A stretch of DNA of 26,473 nucleotides from Bdellovibrionota bacterium. Its GTDB lineage: Bacteria > Bdellovibrionota_C > UBA2361 > OMIW01. Location of the stretch: positions 1 through 26,473 of the forward strand of contig JBIJBT010000035.1 in NCBI GenBank assembly GCA_044345055.1. The letters are read 5' to 3'. A program made the position numbers and the translations under genes. Of the stretch, positions 1-10,900 are shown piece by piece. Position 1 is the stretch's first letter; each line of letters starts with the position of its first letter. The notes under the pieces are model-generated. The model was not told the origin of the DNA. It was given only the letters and a program-made list of their open reading frames with translations, and ran no database searches.

Positions 1-1
1 G

Positions 2-280
2 ATTTCGGGTTTCATAGGAGATGCGACCGATCCTGCACCTCTTTCCGAAGAAGAGGTAAAGCGTATCGTTTCTCAGGTCGAGGAAGGCGCCGCGTCCCCA
101 CGTTCTCGAATTTCATTCGAGCAGGGAGAGACGGTAAAGGTGGTAGACGGACCCTTTGCCGAATTTAGTGGAACCGTAGAAGAAGTAAGGCCCGAAAAGG
201 GTAAAGTTAAAGTACTGATCAGCATCTTCGGGAGGGCTACCCCCGTAGAGCTTGATTTTATGCAAGTGGAGAAGTGCTAA
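2..280 (+). CDS. nusG: Transcription termination/antitermination factor NusG, C-terminal part (5' truncated by window edge)
   Basis: Frame 2 reads [19 protein letters not shown]...[24 protein letters not shown]...[22 protein letters not shown], the NusG KOW domain. TAA at 278-280. Canonical position before rplK. Confidence 0.97.
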   Translation: MSGFIGDATDPAPLSEEEVKRIVSQVEEGAASPRSRISFEQGETVKVVDGPFAEFSGTVEEVRPEKGKVKVLISIFGRATPVELDFMQVEKC

Positions 281-281
281 C

Positions 282-707
282 GTGGCTAAAGAGGTAACGG
301 CAATAGTTAAGCTGCAGTTGAAGGCAGGTCAAGCAAACCCAGCCCCTCCTGTTGGACCAGTGCTAGGTCAGCACGGTGTGAACATCATGGCTTTCTGTAA
401 AGAGTTTAACGCTCGTACGCAGAGTAAGCTTGGAGAGGTCACACCAGTGCTATTGACGGTTTATAAAGACCGATCATTCACCTTCGAGGTAAAGACACCA
501 CCTGTCTCCTATTTGATTAAGAAAGCGGTCGGCATTGAGTCGGGTTCCGCCGTTCCGAACAAAACAAAGGTAGGGCAGCTCAAGCGAGCCCAAGCATATG
601 ACATCGCCAGGGCGAAGCTCGTTGATCTCAATGCTAACGATGAAGATGCGGCTTTTAGGATTGTGCAGGGGACAGCCCGAAGCATGGGTGTGGACATCAT
701 CGACTAG
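282..707 (+). CDS. rplK: 50S ribosomal protein L11
   Basis: [34 protein letters not shown] motif. Start moved to GTG 282 (GGAG at 268-271), 1 nt after the nusG stop. Confidence 0.98.
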   Translation: MAKEVTAIVKLQLKAGQANPAPPVGPVLGQHGVNIMAFCKEFNARTQSKLGEVTPVLLTVYKDRSFTFEVKTPPVSYLIKKAVGIESGSAVPNKTKVGQLKRAQAYDIARAKLVDLNANDEDAAFRIVQGTARSMGVDIID

Positions 708-720
708 GATGATGGACTGA

Positions 721-756
721 CGGGAGACTGCTAGCCTAGCTAGTCGTCTATTAACC
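721..756 (+). promoter_or_regulatory. Candidate L1-binding autoregulatory RNA element
   Basis: CGGGAG-ACTGCTAGCCTAGCTAGT-CGTCTATTAACC has the GGGAG-hairpin-CG..UAUUA(A)CC layout of the E. coli L1 operator as I recall it. It lies in the rplK-rplA spacer. Confidence 0.5.
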
Positions 757-845
757 TAAAAGCAGATTTGAATTACCAAGTTGATAGCTGATCAGAAAAT
801 GCTCATCGAGCTTTCTCGATTCAGACCTAAGCTAGAGAGATGGTT

Positions 846-1544
846 ATGGCACAGAAAGGAAAGCGGTACAGAAAAGTTGAAGCTTTGGTAGACAAAGCGA
901 AGCTCTACTCAATAGATGAAGGGATCCGTCTTCTCGGTAAGACTGTATCAGCTAAGTTCGATGAAACAGTAGAGCTAGCGGTGGGTCTAGGAGTTGATCC
1001 CCGGAAGGCTGATCAGAACGTGAGAGGGAGCGTGGCTCTACCTCATGGTCTCGGCAAAACGGTTCGCGTTGCCGTATTCGCACGAGGAGCGAAAGCGGCA
1101 GAGGCTGAGGCAGCCGGAGCAGATATCGTTGGAGCTGAGGATCTAGTACAGCGAGTTCAGGAAGGCTTTCAGGATTTCGATTCCGTGATAGCAACTCCTG
1201 ACATGATGGTTCAGGTTGGAAAGATCGGGAAAATATTAGGTCCAAGAGGCCTTATGCCATCACCGAAAATTGGAACGGTGACGTTCGATGTTGGCGAAAC
1301 AGTAAAGGCTGTCAAGGCCGGACGGGCAGATTACAAGGTTGATAAGACCGGAATAGTACATGTGCCTGTAGGTAAAGGGTCCTTCAAGGCTGAGCAGCTG
1401 CAAGAAAACCTTATGGCAGTCCTTAATGCGGTAATTAAGGCAAAGCCGTCAACCTCGAAGGGAGTGTACGTTAAGAACGCCTCGATAAGCCTAACCATGG
1501 GCCCAGGGGTTCGGCTTGATGTCGCGCCACTGCGGGCCGTTTAA
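846..1544 (+). CDS. rplA: 50S ribosomal protein L1
   Basis: [26 protein letters not shown] and [11 protein letters not shown] motifs. ATG 846 preferred over 840 on spacing from GAGAG. Confidence 0.98.
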   Translation: MAQKGKRYRKVEALVDKAKLYSIDEGIRLLGKTVSAKFDETVELAVGLGVDPRKADQNVRGSVALPHGLGKTVRVAVFARGAKAAEAEAAGADIVGAEDLVQRVQEGFQDFDSVIATPDMMVQVGKIGKILGPRGLMPSPKIGTVTFDVGETVKAVKAGRADYKVDKTGIVHVPVGKGSFKAEQLQENLMAVLNAVIKAKPSTSKGVYVKNASISLTMGPGVRLDVAPLRAV

Positions 1545-1561
1545 CGTTAGAGAGGTAATAG

Positions 1562-2104
1562 ATGGATCGTGCTCAAAAAACAGAAGAAATCAAGACTCTG
1601 ACCGATTGGTTTACGACATCCCAAGTGGCTATCTGCGCCGACTATAGAGGGATGACCGTGGCTCAGCTTTCTGCGTTCAGGCGGGATATCCGAGCTGTCG
1701 GAGGCAAGACTCGTGTTGTAAAGAACACTCTTGCTCGTCTGAGTGCTCGTGAAGCTCTCAAAGGCCGGACTCCGTCGGCTGTCGAACAGTTTGTATCGGA
1801 ATTAAAGGGGCCGACACTTGTTGTCTACTCTTTTTCTGACCCAGTCGCTCCAACCAAAGTTATCGCAAAGACCGCTAAGGATGTCGAAGCGTTCACCGTA
1901 AAAGGAGCCTTCCTCGACGGACAGTTTCTCGATTGTCAGGGAGTAGATGAGCTTTCGAAGATGCCGGGTCGAGAGGAAGTGCTAGCACAGTTGCTACGAT
2001 TGATGAATACACCGGCTACTATGTTGGTCCGATTACTTGCCGCGCCAGCGACTCAGGTCGTTCGTGTTGTAGATGCGTATCGGGAAAAGTTGTCAGCTGG
2101 TTAG
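1562..2104 (+). CDS. rplJ: 50S ribosomal protein L10
   Basis: ADYRGMTVAQL, VVKNTL and LSKMPGREE motifs. GAGG SD upstream. Confidence 0.97.
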   Translation: MDRAQKTEEIKTLTDWFTTSQVAICADYRGMTVAQLSAFRRDIRAVGGKTRVVKNTLARLSAREALKGRTPSAVEQFVSELKGPTLVVYSFSDPVAPTKVIAKTAKDVEAFTVKGAFLDGQFLDCQGVDELSKMPGREEVLAQLLRLMNTPATMLVRLLAAPATQVVRVVDAYREKLSAG

Positions 2105-2322
2105 ACCTAATCGTCCACTAGCTACTATTAGGCAGAGAGAGTCGAACGAGAACAGTATTCAAATAGAAGCGAAAATCGAAAGCCTATCCAAATAAAGAAA
2201 GGCCGTAGTTTGCTGGAGACAGCCGCATTCTAGGAGATATGTTGAAGAGAGCAATACCTGGCGATTCCGTGCGTTCAGGTACGTGATAAGATTAACCAAA
2301 AACGGAAAAGACGGAGTGAGCA

Positions 2323-2706
2323 ATGAGTGAAGTAAGCATGGACCAGGTAAAGGATTTTATTAAAAACCTTACCCTCATGGATGCCGCAAAGCTCGTTAAA
2401 GAGCTGGAAGAGGAGCTTGGAGTGTCAGCAGCAGCACCGGTAGCTATGGTAGCAGGCGCAGCGGGAGTTGGTGCAGCGGCACCGGTTGAGGAGCAGACGG
2501 AGTTTACACTTATCCTCGATGACGCTGGAGCAAAGCGAGTAGACGTGATTAAGATTGTAAGAGAATTGACCGGCCTCGGCTTAAAGGAAGCTAAGGATCT
2601 GGTTGATGCAGCTCCAAAGCCAGTCAAGGAAGGGCTTTCAAAAGCTGACGCAGAAGCAGCGATTAAGAAGTTCGCTGAAGTTGGAGCAAAGGCGTCGTCC
2701 AAGTAA
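2323..2706 (+). CDS. rplL: 50S ribosomal protein L7/L12
   Basis: Ala-rich hinge, EEQTEF and [17 protein letters not shown] motifs. GGAG at 2313-2316. Confidence 0.98.
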   Translation: MSEVSMDQVKDFIKNLTLMDAAKLVKELEEELGVSAAAPVAMVAGAAGVGAAAPVEEQTEFTLILDDAGAKRVDVIKIVRELTGLGLKEAKDLVDAAPKPVKEGLSKADAEAAIKKFAEVGAKASSK

Positions 2707-2755
2707 GCACCAGAAACGATCCGATAGCGGTGGCATTCCCCGAGTGGGACTGGTC

Positions 2756-2801
2756 AACCCTTGCCGAGCACGATATACTCTTGTGCTGCGGCGGGGTTTT
2801 T
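2756..2801 (+). terminator. Intrinsic terminator/attenuator after rplL
   Basis: AACCCTTGCCGAGCACGA-TATACTC-TTGTGCTGCGGCGGGG forms a long GC-rich imperfect stem followed by TTTTT. Same position as the known E. coli rplL-rpoB attenuator. Confidence 0.65.
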
Positions 2802-3315
2802 CTACATGCTATCGGGTGAAGATTGCCTTTGAGGCAACTTGCTAAAAGGTGTCTACCTTACTGCTGAAAGCCCGTTGGCCGATAGTCTCGGAAAACTATC
2901 AGATTTGAAATATTTGCGAAGTGCAGATAGCCACTCTGATTGCCCTTGGCCGTTCGTGTGTGGAAAAGGCCGAGTCGTGTCTTGATATCCGAGAAGTCTT
3001 CTGCTATTGCTCTCTGAGGGTTACCTTCAGGTGATAGTAGGCGCCGGTGATAAGAATATCGGATAATTCCGTCGAGAGTCGGTGAGAGGCCAAACACAAT
3101 AGTCGGTCTATATTTCAGGATGAGGTGCATTAGAGACACTAAGGTAAGTATCCCCCCAAAACAGATGAAGCCGAGCATGAAAGCGGGAGATCCGTCTTCC
3201 TTTTACATGTCTAAACTTTTGGGGTCCTGCATTCGAGTGAATGTTCAGGTGATTGATTTGTCATATCCGCGTGTTCCACTCAGGAACAACTCCAACAATT
3301 GTTGAGCTATAACCG

Positions 3316-6300
3316 ATGACTCAAAAACTACCGTCCACCAAATCGAAATCTTCCCGAATCAAAACAAACCTGAGACTTCGTCGAAGCTATTCAAAAATAG
3401 CAGAGGTCTCCGACCTCCCAAATCTCATCGGAATACAGAGGAATTCTTATGAGAGGTTTCTGCAGGCGGATGTGGAGCCGGAGAGGAGATTAGATATCGG
3501 ACTCCAGCGGGTATTCCGATCGGTATTCCCAATAAAAGATTATAACGACTCCACGTCGCTAACCTTTGTTAGCTATAGCTTGGGTACACCCAAATATGAC
3601 CAAGAGGAGTGTAGAGAGCGTGGGATGACCTGGGCTGCTCCATTGCGAGTAACTATTCAACTTGAGCTCTGGGATGTTGCGGCGGACACTGGCCAACGCA
3701 CTCTCAGCGCATTAAAAGAGGATGTGGTCTACTTCGGCGAAATACCCCTCATGACAGATAAGGGGACATTTATAATAAATGGAACCGAACGGGTCATTGT
3801 TAGTCAGCTTCATCGGTCACCCGGAGCTTTTTTTGATCACGATGACGGGAAGAGCCACGTTTCTGGAAAATTACTCTATTCCGCACGTATAATCCCCTAC
3901 CGTGGGTCGTGGATCGATTTCGAATTTGATATCAAAGACGTTCTTCACGTCAGAATTGATAGGCGAAGAAAGCTTGGTGCAACAGTTCTACTTAGAGCTA
4001 TTGGTCTGTGCCCGGACGATATCATATCGGAATATTACAAAAGCGATACTATTCGATTTGGTAAGAAAGGATTGGTCACCAAGGACTTTAAAGCTGACCA
4101 GCTCGAAGGGCAAAAGGCATTTCAGGAGATTAAGGTTGGGGGTCGGGTCTTAGTCCGTCAGGGCGGCAAGCTCAATAGGGCTGTTATTCGCCGTTTGAAG
4201 GAAGCAGAGGTTACCGCAGTAGAGGTAGCTCCTGATTCGGTAATTGGGATGATTAGCGCGGATACCGTTGTGCGAGCTAAGGGGGATATCATCAACCGCC
4301 GCACGGGTGAAGTTATAGCAGAAGCGGGCGAAGTACTCGTCGGTTGGGACATTATCAAGGAAAGGTTCCAAGAAATTTTAGAGTCTGCCAACGAGCCAGA
4401 AGTAGTTGCCTTATGTGAAGAGCTCGAAGTCATCGTTCACGCTGGAGAAGAACTGACAGCGGACAAGGTGAACGTCAAAGGAGATGTTCTCGAGAGTGGG
4501 ACTCTATCCGCTCTTAGGGATGCTAACATCGATTCTTTGCGGGTCCTGTATCTCGATGATCATCACATCGGGGATGCCTTGCTTCGAACACTATTGACCG
4601 ACAAAATTGAGATCGACAGAACGTCTATTGCCGATAGACTGTTGGGTAAAGGTTCTACTGAGGCAGTCATCGAGATTTATCGTAGACTTCGTCCAGGGGA
4701 TCCTCCTCGCGCGGAAACGGCTCACGCAACCTTCAAGAACCTGTTCTTTAATCCAGAGCGATACGATCTATCCGACATTGGTCGATATAAGATTAACCAT
4801 AAGCTCTTTATATCTCAGGGGAAGGAGCCTCCACCACTTACGGAGGGCGCCCTTACATTCGCGGATATTAAGGAAACGATACGGTACTTGCTTAACCTCC
4901 GAACTTCCTCGGATTCGGTCAGGTTTGCTGTTGATGATATAGATCACCTCGGCAACAGACGAGTTCGTGCTGTCGGCGAGTTGATCGAAAATCAGTACCG
5001 TGTTGGATTGGTGAGAATGGAGCGCGCCGTAAAGGAGCGCATTGGGATGCAGGATGTTGATACACTCGTACCCCAAGACCTTATTAACTACAAACCTGTA
5101 TCGGCAGTTGTTAAGGAGTTCTTCGGGTCCTCGCAGCTTTCTCAGTTCATGGATCAAACTAACCCCCTTTCTGAGATAACACACAAGCGACGATTATCCG
5201 CCTTAGGGCCAGGAGGTCTAACTAGAGATCGCGCCGGGTTTGAAGTCCGGGACGTGAACCCCACTCACTACGGTCGAATCTGTCCGATCGAAACTCCAGA
5301 AGGTCCGAATATTGGACTGATTGCGTCCTTAGCAGTTTACGCAAGGGTTAACGAGTTTGGCTTTGTGGAAACCCCTTACCGCGTTATTGACACTGAAAAT
5401 CGGGTGTCGACTGATATCGTCTACCTTTCAGCTTTAGAGGAAGAGCGAGAAACAATTGCTCAGGCAAGCGCTCCTCTAGGTGTCGATGGACGGTTTATCG
5501 GAGCGGTCTCGTGCAGGAAAAACGGAGAATACGTCCTAGCGCCCGGTGCTGATGTTACTCGAATGGATGTGAGCCCGAAGCAGATCGTCAGCGTCGCGGC
5601 TGCATTGATACCATTCTTGGAAAACGATGATGCCAACAGAGCCCTGATGGGCTCGAACATGCAGCGTCAAGCAGTTCCTTGTTTAAGGACTCAAGCGCCG
5701 CTTATCGGGACCGGAATGGAGCGCCCTGTAGGATGTGATAGTAAAGCAACAGTAGTTGCGAGTCGATCCGGGCGTGTAGTCGCTGTTGATTCAGAAAGGC
5801 TGGTCATTCGGGCTGATCAGACCTCAGATGATGAGCTTGATACTGGCGTCGACATTTACAATTTAGTTAAATATCGACGCTCTAACCAGAATACCTGCAT
5901 TAATCAAAAACCTATCGTTCGTGAAGGAGAAACGGTTAATGCTGGCGAGGTGATAGCTGATGGTCCGAGTACCGACATGTCAGAGTTGGCATTAGGGCAA
6001 AACTGTCTAGTCGCTTTCATGCCGTGGGGTGGATACAATTTCGAAGACTCGATCTTGATAAGTGAAGAGGTGGTTAAGAATGACTACTTCACTTCTATAC
6101 ACATTGAGGAGTTCGAGTGTGTGGCTCGCGATACCAAGTTGGGTCGTGAGGAAATTACCCGAGACATTCCAAACGTCGGAGAGGAGGCTCTCAGAAATCT
6201 CGATGAATCGGGGATAATTCGGATCGGAGCAGAGGTTGCGCCGGGTGACATCCTCGTTGGTAAAATTACACCAAAAAGTGAAACTCAGCTTAGTCCTGAG

Positions 6301-7797
6301 GAAAAGCTCCTCAGAGCGATCTTTGGAGAGAAGGCTGGCGAAGTCAGGGATACGAGCCTTAAGTTGCCGCCAGGTGTTGAAGGAACCGTCGTTGCAGCAC
6401 AGGTCTTTTCACGAAAAGGTACTGAAAAAGATGAGCGTACCCTTGCGATTGAGCGCCGAGAAATCCAGAAGTTGGAGCAGGATCAGCGAGATGAAATTAA
6501 GATAATTCGCGATACAGCTCTCAAAGAGGTGAAAGAGCTTCTCGTAGGCAAGACAACGGCTGTTCCGGTCATCGACGAACATCGCCGTCAACTCGTTGCT
6601 CGAGGGGTTGTTGTCGGCGAGGAGCTTATTGATGCAGTTCCTTTCGAATATCTGCTGAGCTTTGATATTGGTGATGCAACGGTTAGAGAGACAATCAATC
6701 GGATTGTTGTGCGAACTGGGCAGCTTATCAACAGTAAGCGTGCGGTGCTTCAGGAAAAGATCAAGCGCCTTATGGAGGGCGATGAACTTGCTCCAGGTGT
6801 GATAAAGATGGTCAAAGTCTTTATCGCTATTAAGCGCAAGCTCCAGGTTGGAGATAAGTTGGCCGGTCGTCACGGAAACAAAGGAGTTCTTTCAAGGGTA
6901 CTTCCTAAGGAAGACATGCCTTTCATGGCTGATGGTCGACCGGTAGACATTGTCTTGAACCCGCTTGGCGTACCATCTCGAATGAATGTCGGACAGCTAC
7001 TGGAAACCCATTTGGGGTTGGCAGCGTACCTCACCGGTCGACGGTTTGAGGCGTTGCTGGAACAGGTGATGGATCCGGTTACAGGTGTCCATCGGCTAGA
7101 TGTTGACGACGCTGTCCGTACTCGAATTACTGAAGAGGTAAGAGAGTTACTTCTTTTTGTATTTGGTAAGGGTAATGGTGCTGAACAATTTAAGGATCTG
7201 ACAAACGAGGAACTTCTAGAGGTGGCTCGTAGGCAACTGTGCGGGGTTCATTTGGCGACGCCAGTGTTTGATGCAGCAACCGAGGGTGAGATTAGGGAAT
7301 TCCTTGGAAAGCTTGGGGTACCAGAGACTGGCCAGGTCCAGCTCTATGATGGACGAACTGGGGAACCTTTTAAGGAAAAGGTTACAGTTGGGATTATGTA
7401 CATCTTGAAGCTCGACCATCTTGTTGATGACAAGATTCATGCACGCTCTATTGGGCCATACTCGCTGGTTACGCAACAGCCCTTGGGAGGAAAGGCTCAA
7501 ATGGGGGGACAGCGGCTTGGGGAGATGGAAGTATGGGCGCTTGAAGCTTACGGTGCAGCCTTTACCTTGCAGGAATTCTTGACCGTTAAGTCTGATGATG
7601 TGGCTGGACGAACTCGAATGTATGAGTCGATTGTCAAGGGTGAGCACGTACTCGAGCCTGGGCTCCCTGAATCATTCAACGTAATGATGAAGGAACTTCA
7701 GTCGCTTGGTCTTGATGTCGAGCTGGTAGAAGCAAACAATGCATCTGGCGAGTCAGACACCGATGGAGAGCCAATGCCTTCCTTTGGAATCATGTAA
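3316..7797 (+). CDS. rpoB: DNA-directed RNA polymerase subunit beta (1493 aa, with expanded lineage-specific inserts)
   Basis: [21 protein letters not shown], rifampicin cluster [43 protein letters not shown] and [17 protein letters not shown] motifs. Confidence 0.99.
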   Translation: MTQKLPSTKSKSSRIKTNLRLRRSYSKIAEVSDLPNLIGIQRNSYERFLQADVEPERRLDIGLQRVFRSVFPIKDYNDSTSLTFVSYSLGTPKYDQEECRERGMTWAAPLRVTIQLELWDVAADTGQRTLSALKEDVVYFGEIPLMTDKGTFIINGTERVIVSQLHRSPGAFFDHDDGKSHVSGKLLYSARIIPYRGSWIDFEFDIKDVLHVRIDRRRKLGATVLLRAIGLCPDDIISEYYKSDTIRFGKKGLVTKDFKADQLEGQKAFQEIKVGGRVLVRQGGKLNRAVIRRLKEAEVTAVEVAPDSVIGMISADTVVRAKGDIINRRTGEVIAEAGEVLVGWDIIKERFQEILESANEPEVVALCEELEVIVHAGEELTADKVNVKGDVLESGTLSALRDANIDSLRVLYLDDHHIGDALLRTLLTDKIEIDRTSIADRLLGKGSTEAVIEIYRRLRPGDPPRAETAHATFKNLFFNPERYDLSDIGRYKINHKLFISQGKEPPPLTEGALTFADIKETIRYLLNLRTSSDSVRFAVDDIDHLGNRRVRAVGELIENQYRVGLVRMERAVKERIGMQDVDTLVPQDLINYKPVSAVVKEFFGSSQLSQFMDQTNPLSEITHKRRLSALGPGGLTRDRAGFEVRDVNPTHYGRICPIETPEGPNIGLIASLAVYARVNEFGFVETPYRVIDTENRVSTDIVYLSALEEERETIAQASAPLGVDGRFIGAVSCRKNGEYVLAPGADVTRMDVSPKQIVSVAAALIPFLENDDANRALMGSNMQRQAVPCLRTQAPLIGTGMERPVGCDSKATVVASRSGRVVAVDSERLVIRADQTSDDELDTGVDIYNLVKYRRSNQNTCINQKPIVREGETVNAGEVIADGPSTDMSELALGQNCLVAFMPWGGYNFEDSILISEEVVKNDYFTSIHIEEFECVARDTKLGREEITRDIPNVGEEALRNLDESGIIRIGAEVAPGDILVGKITPKSETQLSPEEKLLRAIFGEKAGEVRDTSLKLPPGVEGTVVAAQVFSRKGTEKDERTLAIERREIQKLEQDQRDEIKIIRDTALKEVKELLVGKTTAVPVIDEHRRQLVARGVVVGEELIDAVPFEYLLSFDIGDATVRETINRIVVRTGQLINSKRAVLQEKIKRLMEGDELAPGVIKMVKVFIAIKRKLQVGDKLAGRHGNKGVLSRVLPKEDMPFMADGRPVDIVLNPLGVPSRMNVGQLLETHLGLAAYLTGRRFEALLEQVMDPVTGVHRLDVDDAVRTRITEEVRELLLFVFGKGNGAEQFKDLTNEELLEVARRQLCGVHLATPVFDAATEGEIREFLGKLGVPETGQVQLYDGRTGEPFKEKVTVGIMYILKLDHLVDDKIHARSIGPYSLVTQQPLGGKAQMGGQRLGEMEVWALEAYGAAFTLQEFLTVKSDDVAGRTRMYESIVKGEHVLEPGLPESFNVMMKELQSLGLDVELVEANNASGESDTDGEPMPSFGIM

Positions 7798-7991
7798 AGA
7801 AAGGCCCCGGGTAAAGTTTGCTCTGGGGCTTCTACTTGGATTTCCAGATACGGAAAGTCATTATTTTGCAGAGCGGTGTTCCGACGCAGCATGAATCCAT
7901 AAAAATGGAATGGCCTGAATTCCATTTAATACGTTCAGCACTTTAGTGATTTCTCTCATAAAGTCACAGTGATTTAAGAAGGGTCAGAAAC

Positions 7992-10900
7992 ATGGATAAT
8001 TTATTCTCTTTATTCGAAAAGCCTAAAAATCCAGTCTCCTTCACCGCCCTTAAAATATCTTTGGCTAGTCCTGAGAGAATTAAAGGTTGGTCTCATGGGG
8101 AAGTTACGAAGCCGGAGACGATAAACTATCGGACGTTAAAGCCTGAACGCGATGGTTTGTTCTGTGCGAAAATCTTTGGCCCGGTTAAAGACTATGAGTG
8201 CATCTGTGGAAAATATAAAAGGCTGCGCCATAGAGGGGTGGTCTGTGAGAAGTGTGGTGTAGAGGTAATTCAATCAAAGGTTCGTCGAGAGCGAATTGGT
8301 CACATCGATTTGGCCTGTCCAGTAGCCCATATTTGGTTTCTTAAGAGTCTGCCCTCCCGAATCGGAGCAGTTCTGGACGTATCGTTGCGGGATCTGGAAA
8401 AGATCCTCTATTTTGAAAGCTATATTGTTACTGACCCTGGTGAGTCTGACCTTCAGGCTGGCGAGTTGCTCACTGAAAAAGAATACCGGACAAACAGGGA
8501 GAGGTTTGGTTCTCGTTTCGAAGCCGGGATGGGTGCTGATACCATTTTGCGACTTCTAAAATCGATCGATGTTCCAAAGTTGTCTCAGGAGTTAAGAGAG
8601 GAGCTAAGGAATGTTACCTCCGAAGCGAAAAAAAAGAAGCTAACTAAGAGACTCAAAGTTCTATCTGCATTCCACCAAAGTGGGAACAAGCCGGAATGGA
8701 TGATTCTTACAGTTATTCCTGTAATACCGCCTGATCTTCGCCCACTTGTTCCGTTGGATGGTGGAAGGTTCGCAACGAGTGACCTCAACGACCTCTACCG
8801 CAGGGTGATTAATCGCAATAACCGCCTCAAAAGGCTGATAGAGCTTAGTGCGCCTGACATTATCATTAGAAATGAGAAGCGCATGCTGCAAGAGTCTGTT
8901 GACGCGCTTTTTGATAATGGCCGTCGTGGACGGACTATCACAGGTCCAAATAAGCGTCCGCTCAAGTCTCTGAGCGATATGTTGAAGGGTAAAGGAGGCC
9001 GTTTCCGTCAGAATCTTCTCGGAAAGCGGGTAGACTATTCCGGTCGGTCCGTAATTGTGGTCGGTCCGGAGCTGCGACTCCATCAGTGTGGTCTTCCAAA
9101 AAAGATGGCTCTTGAGCTCTTCAAGCCCTTTATCTATAGCAAGCTAGAGGAGCGTGGATACGTAACAACCATCAAGAGCGCAAAAAAGATGGTGGAAGCT
9201 GAGAAATCAGTTGTTTGGGACATTTTGGATGATGTAATCAAAGAGCATCCAGTTCTCCTCAACCGAGCCCCTACTCTACACAGGCTGGGAATTCAGGCGT
9301 TCGAACCGCTTCTTATCGAAGGAAAGGCGATTCAGCTCCATCCCTTAGTCTGTAGCGCTTTCAATGCGGATTTTGACGGTGACCAGATGGCGGTACACGT
9401 GCCGCTCTCTATTGAGGCTCAAGTTGAGTCTCGCGTTTTAATGATGTCGACAAATAATATTCTAAACCCTGCTAATGGGAAGCCGGTAATTGTCCCATCG
9501 CAAGATATTGTTCTCGGTCTGTACTACATGACCCGAGAGAGGCCCTTCAGTCGCGGAGAAGGTCGAATATTTGCAAATATGGACGAGGTTTGGCTGGCAT
9601 GGGAATCCAGGGAAGTCGAACTGCAGGCAGCGATTAAATGTCGTGTTGAAGGATCGATTGTCGATACAACGGTAGGTCGAGTTCTTCTCTGTCACTTTTG
9701 TCCACCGGAAACCCTTCCTTTCAAGCACTTTAATAAAGTGATGAAGAAGAAGGAAATATCCAATCTCATAGATGAATGCTTCCGATTGTGCGGAAATAAG
9801 GCAACAGTATTATTGGCCGATAAGTTGAAGGATGTCGGTTATCGTTTCGCCACGATTGCTGGTATTTCCATCGGAATCGCCGATATGGTGATACCGGAGA
9901 CGAAGCAGCAGCTGCTCGATGATGCAGATCGTAAGGTTGCGGAAATTTTCGGGCAGTATCAAGAAGGCTTGATTACTGCTGGTGAGCACTATAATAAGGT
10001 CGTAGATATCTGGTCCGATGTTACTGATCGGGTTGCCGATGATGCGATGCAGCGTATCTCTTCGGCGACTTTCACCGATGAAGCGACCGGTTCAACCAGA
10101 AAAGGTCCATCTTTTAATTCCGTATACATAATGGCCGACTCCGGGGCCCGTGGTTCGCCCGCTCAGATCCGGCAGGTCGCGGGTATGAGAGGACTATTTG
10201 CCAAGCCCGATGGTTCGATTATTGAACAGCCGATCAAGGCTAATCTGAGAGAAGGGTTGACGGTACTTCAATATTTCGTTTCGACTCACGGTGCCCGTAA
10301 GGGTCTAGCCGACACAGCCTTAAAGACGGCAAACTCGGGATATCTTACAAGGAGACTGGTCGATGTAGCGCAGGACTGCATTGTGACCGAATATGATTGC
10401 GGTACGACTGATTCAACTGAGATATTTGCCCTGATCGAAGGGGGAGAAGAGATTGAGCCATTGTCCTCCCGGATACTTGGGCGGGTCGCTGGAGAAGATG
10501 TCCGTGATCCGATTAGTGGAGAAGTCCTTGTTGAACGAAACCAAGAGATAGACGAGGATCGTTGTGCCAAAATTACCGCCTCTGGGCTTGATAGGGTTCA
10601 GATAAGGTCCGTACTCTCGTGTGAAAGTCGAGTTGGCGTTTGTGCACTCTGCTATGGTCGGGACCTAGCTCGTGGGCACCTCGTAAATATCGGGGAAGCG
10701 GTCGGTGTTATCGCGGCTCAGTCTATAGGGGAGCCGGGTACTCAGTTGACGATGAGAACGTTCCATATCGGTGGAGCGGCATCTGGTCGAGCGGAGCAAA
10801 CATCGCTTGAAGCGCGTTATGCGGGTGTAGTAAGACTTGAAGAGGTCAAATTTGCCACGAGAAGAGACGGCGGCATGATCGTTATGACCCGGAAAGGCGA

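Noticed and set aside
2959..2967. TGTGGAAAA as a DnaA box
   Set aside because: Single relaxed match with no box cluster or unwinding element.
3068..3110. CCGTCGAGAGTC...ACAATAGTCGG resembling group I intron R/S elements
   Set aside because: The P7 pairing (GACU/AGUC) cannot form, there are no P/Q elements, and no gene is interrupted.
2858..3305. ORFs 2858-3178 (-) and 3120-3305 (+) in the rplL-rpoB spacer
   Set aside because: No family resemblance or convincing SD, and they overlap each other. The region is better explained as a structured leader.
5119..5220. Rifampicin-resistance substitutions in RpoB cluster I
   Set aside because: Q513, D516, H526 and S531 equivalents are all wild type.
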